Positions 9,215 to 21,664 of a stretch of DNA of 64,000 nt are shown piece after piece. Source of the DNA: an uncultured Gemmatimonadales bacterium. GTDB lineage: Bacteria > Gemmatimonadota > Gemmatimonadetes > Gemmatimonadales > GWC2-71-9. The position numbers and the translations under genes are program-made. Every line of letters begins with the position of its first letter. Within the stretch, counting starts at the first letter, position 1. Below the pieces are notes generated by a model, which saw only the letters and a program-made list of their open reading frames with translations, was not told the origin of the DNA and searched no databases. The stretch covers positions 544,001-608,000 of the forward strand of contig CAVZZO010000003.1 of assembly GCA_963779755.1 (NCBI GenBank), read 5' to 3'.

Positions 9215-12200
9215 TCAGGGCAATGCCCCGAACCGGATCGTGACCGTTGTCCCCCGCTCCGGCTCACTCTCGACGTCGACTTCCCCGCCCCAGCTCTCCA
9301 CCAGCCGGCGGACAATCGGCAAACCCAGTCCAGCGCCGCTGGTGGTGGTGGAGAAGCGCGGCTCGAACAGCCGCTCCAGCTGATCCACCGGGATGCCCTG
9401 GCCGTCGTCCTGCACTTCGATGCGATCCGGCAGCACCCGCACCCTGATCTGCCGGGCGCCGGCGTTCCGGGCGTTCTCCAGCAGATTGACCAGCACCTCT
9501 TTGACTTCGTCGCGCCGGGCGACCCCGGGCACCGCCGCCGGCGCCTCCAGCGTGACCGTGGTGCCTTCCCCCGCCAGCTGGTAGAGCTGCACCACTTCGC
9601 GGGTGACGGCGGCCAGGTCGAGCCGTTCCAGCGGTCCCGCGGCCTCGGCCGGCGCGCCGAAGCGGCTGAACACCCGCGCGATGGTATCCAGCCGGTCGAT
9701 CTCCGCCAGGATCCGTCCCGAGGTCTCTTCCAGCGCCTGATCGAACTGGGGTCGGCGGTCGCGATACACCCGGCGCAGGTGCTGCATGCCCAGGCGGAGC
9801 GGCGTGAGCGGGTTCTTGATCTCGTGCGCCACCTGGCGCGCCATCTCGCCCCAGGCCAGCACCCGCTCCGCCCGGGAGACTTCGGTAAGATCATTGAGCG
9901 CGATCACTACGCCGCTCAGCTCCGGCTCCAGCCGTGCCAGCTCCACGCCGATCCGGCGCCCCTGCACATCCAGCTCCGCGGTGCGGCCCGTCTGCCCCTC
10001 CGGCCAGGGACTGGCCACCACCTCGAGCAAGGTCCGCCATTCCGGGCCCAGCTGCAGGTCCAGCCGGTCGCCGGGAGCCAGCGCCCGTCCCAGCATCTCG
10101 CCCGCCCGCGGATTGGCCAGGAGCACCCGACGCCCGCCGTCGAGCGCCACCACGCCGGTGGCCACTGTGGCCAGCACGGCGGCAGTGCGGCGGCGCGCCT
10201 CCTCCAGCGCCACCCGGCTGGCCTGGACGTCCGACGCCATCCGGTAGAATGCCCGGAAAACGTCTTCAAATTCCACCGGGTAGCCCTGGGCCGGCGGCTC
10301 GACCACTTCACCCCGTCCCAGGGCGGTGGCGCTCCGCCGCAACTCGGCGACCGGCCGCGACAGCGCCCGCGCCGCGGCCTGGGCGCCGCCGACCGCCGCA
10401 CCCAGTCCCAGCAGGGTGGCAAGCAGGAGGACCAGCCCGAGGTCGAGCTCCTGCTGGCCCAGTGCGGGGTCCACCGCGGGCTGGGGCGTCGCCAGGACAC
10501 CGATCGCCGCCGGCTGGCCCGGCAGCACTACCCGGTACCCCACCCGCAGCGGCGGCGCATCCAGCGGCCCCTCGCGGGTGACCGACTGCTCATCCTGCAG
10601 CGCCAGCATTTCGTACGCGGCGGGATTCATCAGCGGCGAGAGCAGGCCGAGGTCGCGCAGCAACGGATCGCTGACGGAAGCCATGACGCCGCCCTGATAC
10701 AGGGCCAGCTCGGCGTCGATATTCTGGCTCAGTTGCGCCAGGCCGTCCCGCAGGCGGGTGGGCGGACCCTGCAGCAGCCCGCCGGCGGCGAGCACCGCGT
10801 CGCGCAGCGTCTGGGTAATGAGCAGATCGCGGCCCCGCTGCGCTTCATTCCGCAGGCGCACGAATCCCCAGGCGGCAAAACCGATCGCGGGCAGCACGAA
10901 GAACAGGCTCAGCACCACGGTGAGCCGGCCCTGATAGCTGCGTAGAAAGCGGCGCCAGGACCAGCGCGGCGCCCGTTCGCCGTCCAGCAGCTCGGACGCG
11001 AACCACAACAGCGCCAGAAAGGCGACATCCAGCAGCACCACCAGCGTGCCGCGCACCAGGATGGGGGCGGGGCCGCGCAGATCTACCTGCGCGTGCACAT
11101 GGCGCACGCCGCCGGGCAGGTCGAGCAGGCGCTCGCCGCGAACCGTCCAGTCCGGTGCCCGGCGCCACCGGATCCGCTCGCCCGCGTCATGATCGTCGGG
11201 CCGGGGCAGCAGCAGCGAAAGGGTATAGAGCGGATGCGGCGGCCCGGTCTCCCGCAGCAGGCGGCCGAGCCGGTCGGGCACCAGCAGCCGGCTGGCTGGG
11301 CCCACGCCGGTCGTAAGCACCAGGTCGGGGGTGAGCCGCTCGATCAGCAGCAGGTGGATTCCGGGAACCCGTGGCAGGGCCACCACCTCCTGGCTGTCGC
11401 CGGGCGCCAGGTTGCGGATCAGGGTGGAGACCAGGGGCGCGGGAAGATCGAGCGAATCCAGCCGCAGCTCGAGCAGCGGCTGCCCGCCGCTGGTCCAGAG
11501 GCCCAGCCGGGCGGGATAGTCCTCGGCCCCCAGCCGGGAGGAGCGCCACCGCACGTACAGCTCCGTCTCGGAGCCGGGCGGAGGCTCGGTCCGCATCCGT
11601 TCGCCAAACCGTTGCAGGGCAGCCATGGCCAGGGGATCGGGCTCGGTGCCCAGCATGGCAACGTCGCGCCGCGCCACCTGCAGCCGGCCCTCGATGACCG
11701 CGCCCCAGGTAATGAGCGCCGCCGCGCAGCCGGCCACCACCGCGATCCCGGCGATCACCGACCGGTGGCGGGCCGGGAGCGTCACCAGGAAAAGGGCCGG
11801 GGTCCAGAGGAAGGTGTACCATGGCGGCCAGCCGAATCGCGGCTCCCATACCACCAGCCCTGCAACCGATGCCCCGATGGCGATGGCCACCCCGGCATAG
11901 ACCGTCCAGGGCGTGCCCGAGGCCGCCGGCCGCCGGTCGCCGCGGAAGAAGGCCGCCGCCAGCACGATGAGCGCGGCGCTGGGAAGCAGCAGCGTCAGCT
12001 GCCAGCCGATCCACAGGCCCATGGAGACGCCGATGGAGGGCGGCGTGATGCCGCGGCCCAGTTCGCGCATCAGGTAGGGCGCCAGCAACAGCAGCGCTAC
12101 CCCCAGGGCCACCGTGTACCAGCGGCGGCGCAGCCGCAGCCGCCAGAGCCAGACGCCGGCAATCACGGCCAGCGCGCCGGTCAGCGCCAGCGCGCCGGCG

Positions 12201-13216
12201 GAGGACGAGAAGGGACCGAGAACCGGCCGGAAGAAGGTCGCCTTGGAGAAGAAGAGTCCGGCCCCGTGCAGGCCCGGCGGAGTTCGCACCACCAGCCAGA
12301 GAGTGAGCAGGAGCAGCACCCAGCGTTCGAGCGGGGAGCGGGAGGCGCGCACGAACGCGGCGAGCAGCACCGCGGCGAGCATGAGCTCCACCGCCAGCGT
12401 GGTGCGGCGCAGCGCCTGCTCCTTGGCGGTCCCCTGTTCCGGCGGCCGGGGCTGGACGCTGAAGATGATGGGCGCGGCGGCCGTGGTGTCGGCCTTGTAG
12501 TCGAAGACATCGGGGCCCTGGCAGCTCCGTGCCGGCGGGCAGAACACCAGATCCACCCCGGAGCGCTGCCGGAAGCTCTCCGCCAGCGACCCGCTCCGGT
12601 CGGGCACGGCCGGATGGGCCCAGAGCAGGACGCTGGCGACCACCGTATCGCCGCCCGCGGCGGGCCGCCGCACCTCGAGCATGGCGTAGTAGCGGGTCCA
12701 GTGCAGCGACACCGGCGCGCCCGACGGTTGCGGCAACAGCCGCTGGGAGCCGGCCCAGGCCCAGGGATCGCCCAGAGAATCGAAGACCGCCAGGCCGATT
12801 TCCAGCGGGCCCGCAGGGATGGCCCCGGCCAGATCCTCGAAGGCATCGGCCTGATCCGCCCCGGCGGCGTGCACCCCTGCCTCGGCCGCGTTATCGGCCA
12901 GTTCCTGGACCCGGCCCAGCTCGCTGGAGAGCAGCTGGAAGGCGCGGGAGACGCGCGATTCCCGGACCGCAGGCCAGTCGTTATCTATGGCATGAAGCGA
13001 CCGCTCCCCCAGACCGGCGACCGCGCCGAGCAGCAGCAGCAGCGCCAGCAGGAGCCAGTCCGCCGGACGGCGGGGGTGGCGCAAAGCGAGCAGAGTGAGG
13101 AGAATACCGGCGGCGGCGAGCCCGATCCACAGGAACCCGGGACGCCGCAGCCACTCGGCGGCCGCCGCCGCGGCGAGGGCCAGCAGAACAACCCATGCAT
13201 GCGAGCGATGGATCAC
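9215..13216 (-). CDS. Very large multi-TM sensor histidine kinase (HAMP-PAS-HisKA-HATPase, NtrY-like C-terminus); start uncertain
   Basis: WGEMARQVAHEIKNPLTP H-box, NLLENA N-box, DDGQGI G1, LFEPRFST F-box, GAGLGL G2; many TM segments. Confidence 0.9.
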   Translation of the reverse strand: MIHRSHAWVVLLALAAAAAAEWLRRPGFLWIGLAAAGILLTLLALRHPRRPADWLLLALLLLLGAVAGLGERSLHAIDNDWPAVRESRVSRAFQLLSSELGRVQELADNAAEAGVHAAGADQADAFEDLAGAIPAGPLEIGLAVFDSLGDPWAWAGSQRLLPQPSGAPVSLHWTRYYAMLEVRRPAAGGDTVVASVLLWAHPAVPDRSGSLAESFRQRSGVDLVFCPPARSCQGPDVFDYKADTTAAAPIIFSVQPRPPEQGTAKEQALRRTTLAVELMLAAVLLAAFVRASRSPLERWVLLLLTLWLVVRTPPGLHGAGLFFSKATFFRPVLGPFSSSAGALALTGALAVIAGVWLWRLRLRRRWYTVALGVALLLLAPYLMRELGRGITPPSIGVSMGLWIGWQLTLLLPSAALIVLAAAFFRGDRRPAASGTPWTVYAGVAIAIGASVAGLVVWEPRFGWPPWYTFLWTPALFLVTLPARHRSVIAGIAVVAGCAAALITWGAVIEGRLQVARRDVAMLGTEPDPLAMAALQRFGERMRTEPPPGSETELYVRWRSSRLGAEDYPARLGLWTSGGQPLLELRLDSLDLPAPLVSTLIRNLAPGDSQEVVALPRVPGIHLLLIERLTPDLVLTTGVGPASRLLVPDRLGRLLRETGPPHPLYTLSLLLPRPDDHDAGERIRWRRAPDWTVRGERLLDLPGGVRHVHAQVDLRGPAPILVRGTLVVLLDVAFLALLWFASELLDGERAPRWSWRRFLRSYQGRLTVVLSLFFVLPAIGFAAWGFVRLRNEAQRGRDLLITQTLRDAVLAAGGLLQGPPTRLRDGLAQLSQNIDAELALYQGGVMASVSDPLLRDLGLLSPLMNPAAYEMLALQDEQSVTREGPLDAPPLRVGYRVVLPGQPAAIGVLATPQPAVDPALGQQELDLGLVLLLATLLGLGAAVGGAQAAARALSRPVAELRRSATALGRGEVVEPPAQGYPVEFEDVFRAFYRMASDVQASRVALEEARRRTAAVLATVATGVVALDGGRRVLLANPRAGEMLGRALAPGDRLDLQLGPEWRTLLEVVASPWPEGQTGRTAELDVQGRRIGVELARLEPELSGVVIALNDLTEVSRAERVLAWGEMARQVAHEIKNPLTPLRLGMQHLRRVYRDRRPQFDQALEETSGRILAEIDRLDTIARVFSRFGAPAEAAGPLERLDLAAVTREVVQLYQLAGEGTTVTLEAPAAVPGVARRDEVKEVLVNLLENARNAGARQIRVRVLPDRIEVQDDGQGIPVDQLERLFEPRFSTTTSGAGLGLPIVRRLVESWGGEVDVESEPERGTTVTIRFGALP

Positions 13217-13963
13217 GAACCGCGTCCCTGGCGCCTGGAAGAAATGACTCCCGCGGATGTTCGCGACCGGCTGGTGGGCCGCCCCTGGCTCATTATCCCG
13301 GTCGGAACGACGGAACAGCACGGCCCCCATCTGCCGCTGGGAGTGGACATCCTGATCATCGAACGGCTGGCGGACGACCTCTCCGCCCGCTTCGGCGTCC
13401 CCCGCGCCCCCACCCTGCCCTACGGCGTGAATACCTCAACCCGCTGGGTATTCACCGCCGGGGCGACGCTCAAGCGGAAGACGCTGCACCTGGTGCTGAA
13501 CGAGCTGGTCGAATCGTGGGAGACGCTGGCCTGTGTGCGCGAATTCGTCATCCTCACCGCCCAGGGCGGCGAGGCGCACCTGGAGGCGCTGAGCACCATC
13601 CGCACCGCCTCCGCCGGCGTGCACGTGGTCGATATCTTCGCCCTGGACTTCGGCCATCTGCTGGAGCGGCCCGGCGGCCCCATCCACGGCGGAGAGCTCG
13701 ACACCTCGCTCTTATTATACATCGCGCCCAAGCTGGTCCGCATGGAAGCCGCGCAGGATTTCGTCATTACCCCCCGGGAGGCGGCGCGTTACCGGCGAGG
13801 GGCGAGCCGCCCGATCCCGGTCGAATCGGAGGGGTCCGTGGGGTATCCCACCATGGCCTCGGCGGAGAAGGGCGAGCGGCTCTATCACTTCATTCTCGAA
13901 CGCGTGGCCGAGCGATGTTTCTCTTTCGTGCATCCCAGCGACCCCTCCGAGTCGTCCTCCTGA
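13208..13963 (+). CDS. Creatininase/creatinine amidohydrolase family protein (alternative start 13244)
   Basis: IIPVGTTEQHGPHLPLGVD, HGGELDTS, GSVGYPTMASAEKG motifs. Confidence 0.9.
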   Translation: MDHEPRPWRLEEMTPADVRDRLVGRPWLIIPVGTTEQHGPHLPLGVDILIIERLADDLSARFGVPRAPTLPYGVNTSTRWVFTAGATLKRKTLHLVLNELVESWETLACVREFVILTAQGGEAHLEALSTIRTASAGVHVVDIFALDFGHLLERPGGPIHGGELDTSLLLYIAPKLVRMEAAQDFVITPREAARYRRGASRPIPVESEGSVGYPTMASAEKGERLYHFILERVAERCFSFVHPSDPSESSS

Positions 13964-14595
13964 GCCTGGCGTTCGCCGCCACGCTGCCCGGGCGGGGAGC
14001 GGCCCAGGCCGATTCCGGCGCCCTGGTCATCCGCCAGGCCGGCCAGGACATCGGCCGGGAGGACTTTGTGCTGCGGGACGATCGCGGCGCGGGCGTCAGC
14101 GGTTCCACCATTCTCTCCACCGCCCGCTACCCCGTGCTGGCGCCCCGGGTGTTGCTGCGCGGCCGGCTGGAGCGGGGCAGCGACGGCGGGTTCCTCTCGC
14201 TCCGGCTGGAGACGCAGGCGGGCCGGCAGTCCAGCCAGATCCTGGCCGAAGGCGGATCGCGGATCGTCACGGTCCGGGGCCGGCTACCCACGGGCGAGAT
14301 CGCGCGGGAATTCCCCGGCGGCCCCACCACCATCATGCTGGACGATAGCCTGTTCGCCTGGTACGCGGCCGCGGCCGATCTGGCCACCGACGGCGGCCGG
14401 CGGCTCCAGGCGATCTATCCCCGCACCGGCCGCCGCGGGACGCTGGCGGCCAGGGTCGAAGCCGACGGGACCGGTGGGCGGCGGATTCTCCTCACCGGCG
14501 ATGTGACCGGTACCATCTGGCTGGACGCCACCGGCCGGCTCCAGCGGCTGCAGTTTCCCGGGCGCGACCTGGATATCGTCCGCCTCCCGAAATAG
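13915..14595 (+). CDS. Hypothetical secreted beta-rich protein
   Basis: Signal peptide ending AAQA, G.E.F motif, C-terminal IWLDATGRLQRL; overlaps the creatininase 3' end. Confidence 0.65.
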   Translation: MFLFRASQRPLRVVLLSLAFAATLPGRGAAQADSGALVIRQAGQDIGREDFVLRDDRGAGVSGSTILSTARYPVLAPRVLLRGRLERGSDGGFLSLRLETQAGRQSSQILAEGGSRIVTVRGRLPTGEIAREFPGGPTTIMLDDSLFAWYAAAADLATDGGRRLQAIYPRTGRRGTLAARVEADGTGGRRILLTGDVTGTIWLDATGRLQRLQFPGRDLDIVRLPK

Positions 14596-14799
14596 TCCCG
14601 GCCGTCTGCCGACGCTCCCGGGCTTCCGCGCATCACTTCAAGCAGTCGAGGTGGTTCATTGCGTCTGGACCTGACATCCAGCCGCATCTCAAGTGTATAC
14701 TTGGTAGCTACTTGCGATATCGTGTCGCAGGCTGAAACCTTTGGTGAACCACCCCGTATGGTGTGCGGTCGCCAACACTTACTCGCACCCCAGAGGAAC

Positions 14800-16329
14800 A
14801 TGCCAATGGGCCGCTGGCTCTTGATCGCCGGATTTGTGTTCGCTGCCCCCGCCGCGGCGGCGGCGCAGGACTCGACTCAAGCGGTGCCTCCACCTCCCCT
14901 GGCAACCCTGACCCTGCAGGACGCGCTGACGCGGGCTCAGGCCAACAGTCCGGCCTATCTGCAGACCACCAACGACGCCGGCCCGGCACGCTGGGGGGTG
15001 CGGAACGCCTATGCCAGTTTCCTGCCCACGTTCGATGTGTCGGGCGGGCTGGGCTATACCGGCAGCGGCCAGAGCAACTTCGGCAACGGCTTCGTGCGGG
15101 CCACCTCGCCGCTGGTGTCTTCCAGCTACAGCCTGGGGCTGCAGTGGACCATGAGCGGGCGGGTTCTGAGCGGGCCGGGCCAGCAGAAGGCCAACCAGCG
15201 GGCCACGGAAGAGAACATCTCCGCGGCCGGCAGCACCCTGCGCTACAACATCACCACCCAGTACCTGACGGCGCTCCAGGCATCGGCGGAGGTGGTGGCT
15301 GCCCGGCAGCAGGTCGAGCGTACCGACCTCGCGCTCCGGCTGGCCCGGGCCAAGTACAATGTGGGCCAGGCCACCCTGATCGACGTGCGCCAGGCGGAAG
15401 TGCAGAAGGGGCAGGCCGAGGTCACGCTGCTGCGCGATGTCCAGGCGGAGAACGACGCCAAGCTGGAGCTGTTCCGCCAGATCGGCGTGCAGCCGCCGGT
15501 GCCGGTAACCCGGCTGGCGCTGACCGATTCCTTCTCGGTGACCCCGCCGGCCTTTGATGAGGACGCGCTGATCACCCAGGCGGAGCAGGAGAACCCCGGC
15601 CTGCGGGCGCTGCGGGCCCAGCAGGATGCGGCGGGCTGGAACGTCAGGGCGGCGAAATCCGAATATCTGCCGACGTTGTTCGCCCAGGCGGGATGGTCCG
15701 GGTTCACCCAGCAGTACACCAACGAATCGCTGCTGATCAACCAGGCCTACACCGGCGCGCTGGGCGCTGCCCAGGACTGCGACCTGCAGAACCAGATCCG
15801 CGCCGGCCTGACCACGCCGTTGCCGCCGCTCGACTGCAATACGGCCTTCGCGACGTCGGCCCGGCAGCAGCTGGCCCCGTCGCTGGTGTCGGACATCCGG
15901 AGCAGCAACAGCGCGTTCCCCTTCAGTTTCGAGAGCCAGCCGTTCCGGGCCTCGGTGAGCGTGTCGTTGCCCATCTTCACCGGCTTCGGCCGGAACCTGC
16001 GGGTCTCGCAGGCGCAGGCCCAGCGGGACGATGCCGCCCAGGCGGTTCGCGCCCAGGAGCTGCAGGTGCGCACCAGCGTGGAATCGCGCTACCTGGCGCT
16101 GCAGACCTCGTATCAGGCGATCGGGGTGCAGGCGGCCAACCGCGATGCGGCCCGCGACCAGCTGCGGCTGGCGCAGGACCGCTACCGGCTGGGCAGCGGC
16201 ACGTCGCTGGAGCTGACCGACGCCCAGACCGCCGTCCAGCGGGCCGAGACCGATTACATCAGTGCCGTGTACGACTACCACAAGGCCGTCGCCGCGCTGG
16301 AAGCGGCGGTGGGCCGTCCCCTTCGCTAG
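14800..16329 (+). CDS. TolC family outer-membrane protein
   Basis: GAGGA RBS; signal peptide, LTLQDALTRA, AKSEYLPTL, LPIFTGF, RYRLGSGT. Confidence 0.92.
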   Translation: MPMGRWLLIAGFVFAAPAAAAAQDSTQAVPPPPLATLTLQDALTRAQANSPAYLQTTNDAGPARWGVRNAYASFLPTFDVSGGLGYTGSGQSNFGNGFVRATSPLVSSSYSLGLQWTMSGRVLSGPGQQKANQRATEENISAAGSTLRYNITTQYLTALQASAEVVAARQQVERTDLALRLARAKYNVGQATLIDVRQAEVQKGQAEVTLLRDVQAENDAKLELFRQIGVQPPVPVTRLALTDSFSVTPPAFDEDALITQAEQENPGLRALRAQQDAAGWNVRAAKSEYLPTLFAQAGWSGFTQQYTNESLLINQAYTGALGAAQDCDLQNQIRAGLTTPLPPLDCNTAFATSARQQLAPSLVSDIRSSNSAFPFSFESQPFRASVSVSLPIFTGFGRNLRVSQAQAQRDDAAQAVRAQELQVRTSVESRYLALQTSYQAIGVQAANRDAARDQLRLAQDRYRLGSGTSLELTDAQTAVQRAETDYISAVYDYHKAVAALEAAVGRPLR

Positions 16330-16342
16330 CCGAGGATAGCAC

Positions 16343-17629
16343 ATGTCGCGCCCCATGAAGTTCGGAGTCTTCGCCACCGTGGTCGTGGTCGTCGCCGGCG
16401 GCCTCTTCTTCCTGACCGCGGCCAAGCGGAACAACAAGGCGGTCGAGGTGCGGCTCGAGCAGGTCAAGCGGCGGGACCTGACCGCCACGGTGACTGCCAG
16501 CGGCCAGATCGACGCCAAGACCTCGGTCGACATCAGCGCCGACATCACCGGCCGCATTACCAAGCTCGGGGTCCGCGAGGGCGATCTGGTGCAGAAGGGC
16601 CAGTTCCTGCTGCAGATCGACCCTACGGTCTACCAGGCGGCGGTATCGCGCTCGGAGGCCCTGGTGGCGAGCAGCGAGGCCAACATGGTCCAGGCGCGGG
16701 CCACCATGGACCAGGCGAAGCGCGCCCTGGACCGCGCGCAGGAAATGCAGAAGGCGGGACAGTCGCTGATCTCGCCCGAGGCGGTGGAGCAGGCGGAGAC
16801 CTCCTACCACGTGGCGGAGGCCAACTACAATGCCGCCAGGGCGCAGGTGGAGCAGTCCCGCGCCAGCCTCCAGGAGGCACGCGACAACCTCTCCAAGACC
16901 CGCCTGGTGGCGCCGATGTCGGGGCGGGTAGTCCGGCTGGCGGTGGAGGAGGGCGAGGTGGCGGTCCCCGGCACCTTCAGCCGCGAGACCGGCCTGCTCA
17001 TGACCATCGCCGATCTGTCGGTGATCCTGGCCAAGGTGCAGGTGGACGAGACGGACATCGTCCGGCTGAAGCTGGGCGACTCGGTCCGGGTGACGATCGA
17101 TGCCTTCCCCGACACCAGCTTCGTGGGCGAGGTCACCAAGATCAGCAACAGCGCCCGGCTCACGTCGACCCAGACGTCGAGCGGCACCAGCGGCCAGGCG
17201 GTGGACTTCGACGTCGAGATCACCTTGCGGAATCCACCGGAGGACATCCGGCCGGACCTGAGCTGCACAGCGAAGATCGTGACCGACACGCGGAAGGACG
17301 CGCTGAGCATTCCGATCATCGCCCTCACGGTACGCGACCATGCCGCGGTGCCCAACGAATCGGCCCCGGGTCGGGACACCAGCGCCAGCGCCAGACAGAC
17401 CAAGGAGACCGAGGGCGTCTTCGTGGTGCGCAACAACACGGCCTTCTTCCAGCCGGTGCAGGTGGGCATCACCGGCGAGGAGCACTTCGAGGTGCTGGGC
17501 GGCCTGAAGGACGGCGAGACCATCGTGGCCGGCTCCTACCAGGCCATCCGTGACCTGAAGGACAGTACCCGGGTGCGGACGATGCCGGGTGCGAACGATA
17601 CGACGAAGGCGGGAGGCAAGCAGCCGTGA
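16343..17629 (+). CDS. MacA-like periplasmic adaptor subunit
   Basis: N-terminal [38 protein letters not shown]. Confidence 0.92.
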   Translation: MSRPMKFGVFATVVVVVAGGLFFLTAAKRNNKAVEVRLEQVKRRDLTATVTASGQIDAKTSVDISADITGRITKLGVREGDLVQKGQFLLQIDPTVYQAAVSRSEALVASSEANMVQARATMDQAKRALDRAQEMQKAGQSLISPEAVEQAETSYHVAEANYNAARAQVEQSRASLQEARDNLSKTRLVAPMSGRVVRLAVEEGEVAVPGTFSRETGLLMTIADLSVILAKVQVDETDIVRLKLGDSVRVTIDAFPDTSFVGEVTKISNSARLTSTQTSSGTSGQAVDFDVEITLRNPPEDIRPDLSCTAKIVTDTRKDALSIPIIALTVRDHAAVPNESAPGRDTSASARQTKETEGVFVVRNNTAFFQPVQVGITGEEHFEVLGGLKDGETIVAGSYQAIRDLKDSTRVRTMPGANDTTKAGGKQP

Positions 17630-18330
17630 GCGACATCGTCATCCGGGTGGAAGGGCTGCAGCGCGAATACGTGATGGAAGGCGAGCGAGTTCACGCGCTG
17701 CGCGGCGTGGACCTGAAGATCCGGCGGAACGAGTACGTGGCCATCATGGGCCCGTCGGGCTCCGGCAAGTCGACGCTGATGAACCTGCTGGGCTGCCTGG
17801 ACACGCCCACTGGCGGGCAGTACTGGCTCAGCGGGCAGGAGGTGTCGCGGCTCTCCGACAACGCCCTGGCGCAGGTTCGGAACCGGGAGATCGGGTTCGT
17901 GTTCCAGACGTTCAACCTGCTGGCGCGCGCCACCGCGCTGCACAATGTCGAGCTGCCGCTGGTCTACGGCGGCGTCTCCGGCACGGAGCGGCGGCGGCGA
18001 GCGGAGAGCGCGCTGACCCGGGTGGGCCTGGCCGGCCGCATGCACCATCGCCCCAACGAGCTGTCGGGCGGCCAGCGGCAGCGGGTGGCCATCGCGCGCG
18101 CGCTGGTGAACGAGCCGGCGCTGCTGCTGGCCGACGAGCCGACGGGCAACCTCGACAGCGCCACCAGCGAGGACATCATGCGGGTCTTCGGCGGGCTGCA
18201 CGCCCAGGGGCAGACCGTCCTGCTGGTGACTCATGAAGCGTCGATCGCGGCCTACGCGCACCGCATCGTGGTGATCCGCGACGGCCTGATCGAGAGCGAT
18301 ACGCCCAACCCGTCCGTGGCGGCGGCCTGA
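17626..18330 (+). CDS. ABC transporter ATP-binding protein (MacB/LolD type)
   Basis: Walker [37 protein letters not shown]. Confidence 0.96.
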   Translation: MSDIVIRVEGLQREYVMEGERVHALRGVDLKIRRNEYVAIMGPSGSGKSTLMNLLGCLDTPTGGQYWLSGQEVSRLSDNALAQVRNREIGFVFQTFNLLARATALHNVELPLVYGGVSGTERRRRAESALTRVGLAGRMHHRPNELSGGQRQRVAIARALVNEPALLLADEPTGNLDSATSEDIMRVFGGLHAQGQTVLLVTHEASIAAYAHRIVVIRDGLIESDTPNPSVAAA

Positions 18331-18331
18331 C

Positions 18332-19569
<1,238 letters not shown>

Positions 19570-19573
<4 letters not shown>

Positions 19574-20832
19574 CCCGGCGTTACGGATTGTCGCTCGCCC
19601 GCCTGATGGAAGGCGTCGGCATCGCGCTGAGCTCGCTCAACGCCAACAAGGTACGCGCCGCCCTGACCATCCTGGGCGTCGCCATCGGGGTCATGGTGGT
19701 GATCGCCATGGCGTCGATGATCACCGGCATCAACAAGAGCGTCAGCAAGATGCTGGAGGATGCCGGGCCCAAGACTTTCTACGTCTTCCGCTACTGGTCG
19801 GGCGGCGTCAATATCTCCGACGGCTCCGACGAGCTGTCGCCCTGGCGGCGAAACCCCTGGCTCAAGGTGGAGGAAGCGGACATGATCCGCCGCCTGCCGG
19901 ACATCCGGGATGTCGCGGTGCAGGAGAACACCCAGGGGCCGGTGAGCTACGAGGGCACCAAGCTGGCCAGCGTGGATATCGCCGGGTTCAGCCCCAGCTG
20001 GGTCCTGGTGACCGGCGGACAGATCCAGGCGGGGCGGAATTTCACGGCGGTGGAGTACGCCTCCGGCGCGCACGTGGCGGTCATCAACGACAAGGTGGCG
20101 GAGAGCCTCTTCCCCAACCTCGATCCCATCGGCAAGGTCATCAAGATCTTCGGCCAGCCCTTTACCGTGGTGGGCCTGCACGTGGCGGCCGCGTCCCTGT
20201 TCGGGAACGAGACGACGCCGCGGCTGGCCATCCCCCATACCACCTTCCAGAAGGTGGCGGACTACTGGAAGGGCTGGATGATGTTCGTCGTCATTCCGAC
20301 CGACGCGGCCAGCGTGGCGGACGCCCAGGACCAGGTCACCACCGCCCTGCGGGTGAGCCGGGGGCTCAAGCCGGCGCAACCCAACAACTTCACGGTGGTA
20401 ACCCAGGACAAGTTCCTGGAGTCCTGGAACTCGATGACCGTCGGTTTCTTCGCCGTGATGTTCGCGCTCAGCAGCGTGGGACTCATGGTGGGCGGCGTCG
20501 GCGTGATCGCCATCATGATGATCTCGGTGACCGAGCGCACCCGGGAGATCGGCGTGCGCAAGGCGCTGGGCGCCACCCGGCGCGAGATCATGTTCCAGTT
20601 CCTGGTGGAGGCGGCGACCCTCACGCTGGTGGGCTGCCTGGTGGGGCTCATCCTGGGCGCGCTCATTGCCTGGGGCATCCGCAGCTTCCTGCCGGTGCTC
20701 CCCGCCACCGTGCCGCTCTGGTCGGTGGGCGTGGCCTTCGTGGCCGCGGTACTGACCGGTGTGCTCTTCGGCCTCTACCCCGCCAACAAGGCGAGCCAGA
20801 TGGATCCGGTCGAGGCGCTCAGATACGAATAG
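19570..20832 (+). CDS. ABC permease (MacB/FtsX family)
   Basis: RAALTILGVAIGV, VGGVGVIAIMMISVTERTREIGVRKALGA, DPVEALRYE. Confidence 0.95.
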
Positions 20833-20936
20833 AAAGGAGAAAAGAGGAAGGGACTGAGAGAAAGGTGAAGGAATGATCGATTATTATAGACTGTTCCTTC
20901 GCTTTTCTCTCAGTCCCTTGACCTTTTCTCTCTCCT
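20833..20936. repeat. Purine/pyrimidine inverted-repeat hairpin (possible terminator or REP-like element)
   Basis: AAGGGACTGAGAGAAA pairs with TTTCTCTCAGTCCCTT around an AT-rich loop. Confidence 0.75.
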
Positions 20937-20943
20937 GGTCTCC

Positions 20944-21660
20944 ATGCCCGTAGATCTCCTGGCGATCGCCGCCCACCGGGACGACATCGAGCTCACCTGT
21001 GGCGGGACCCTGATCCGCGCCGCCGGCCAGGGCCACCGGACGGCCATCCTCGATCTCACCGCGGGTGAGACGGGGACCCGAGGCAGTGCCGCGCTGCGGC
21101 AGGAAGAGGCGGAGCGGGCCGCCGCGGTCCTGGGGGTGGCCGAGCGGCGGAATGCCGGCCTGCCCGACGCCCACCTCCACAACAGCGAGGAGACCCGCCG
21201 GATCGTGGTGGAGCAGATCCGCCATTTCGCGCCCCGGGTGGTGATTCTGCCCTTTCCCGTGGGCCGGCACCCCGATCATCGGATCGCCTCGGAACTGGCG
21301 CGCGACGCCTGCTACCTGGCGGGCCTGGCGCGCTACGAGGCCGCCGGAGAGCCTCACCGCCCCTTCAAGCTCCTGTACGCGCTGGCTTACCGGGAGGATC
21401 CGGTCAAGCCCACCCTCGTGGTGGACATCTCCGACCACTTCGCCCGGAAGATGGAGGCCATTCGCTGCTACGCCAGCCAGTTCGACGGCGCCCGGGCGGC
21501 CGGCGAGATCTTCCCCACCGGCCAGGACCTCTACGCCCTGATCGAGACGCAGAACGCTCACTACGGCTCGCTCATCCGCTGCCGCTATGGCGAGCCGTTC
21601 TTTACGCATGAGACAGTGCTGGTAGACGATGTGGTGGCGCTGGGGGTGCAGAGCATGTGA
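20944..21660 (+). CDS. bshB1: Bacillithiol biosynthesis deacetylase (PIG-L family)
   Basis: AHRDDIELTCGGTL, DLTAGETGTRG, RHPDH, KMEAIRCYASQF, YGEPF. Confidence 0.85.
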   Translation: MPVDLLAIAAHRDDIELTCGGTLIRAAGQGHRTAILDLTAGETGTRGSAALRQEEAERAAAVLGVAERRNAGLPDAHLHNSEETRRIVVEQIRHFAPRVVILPFPVGRHPDHRIASELARDACYLAGLARYEAAGEPHRPFKLLYALAYREDPVKPTLVVDISDHFARKMEAIRCYASQFDGARAAGEIFPTGQDLYALIETQNAHYGSLIRCRYGEPFFTHETVLVDDVVALGVQSM

Positions 21661-21664
21661 TCTG

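Noticed and set aside
14690..14703. CAAGT-GTAT-ACTTG palindrome upstream of TolC #2
   Set aside because: Short, single occurrence and overlaps a TATACT -10-like box; not enough to call an operator.
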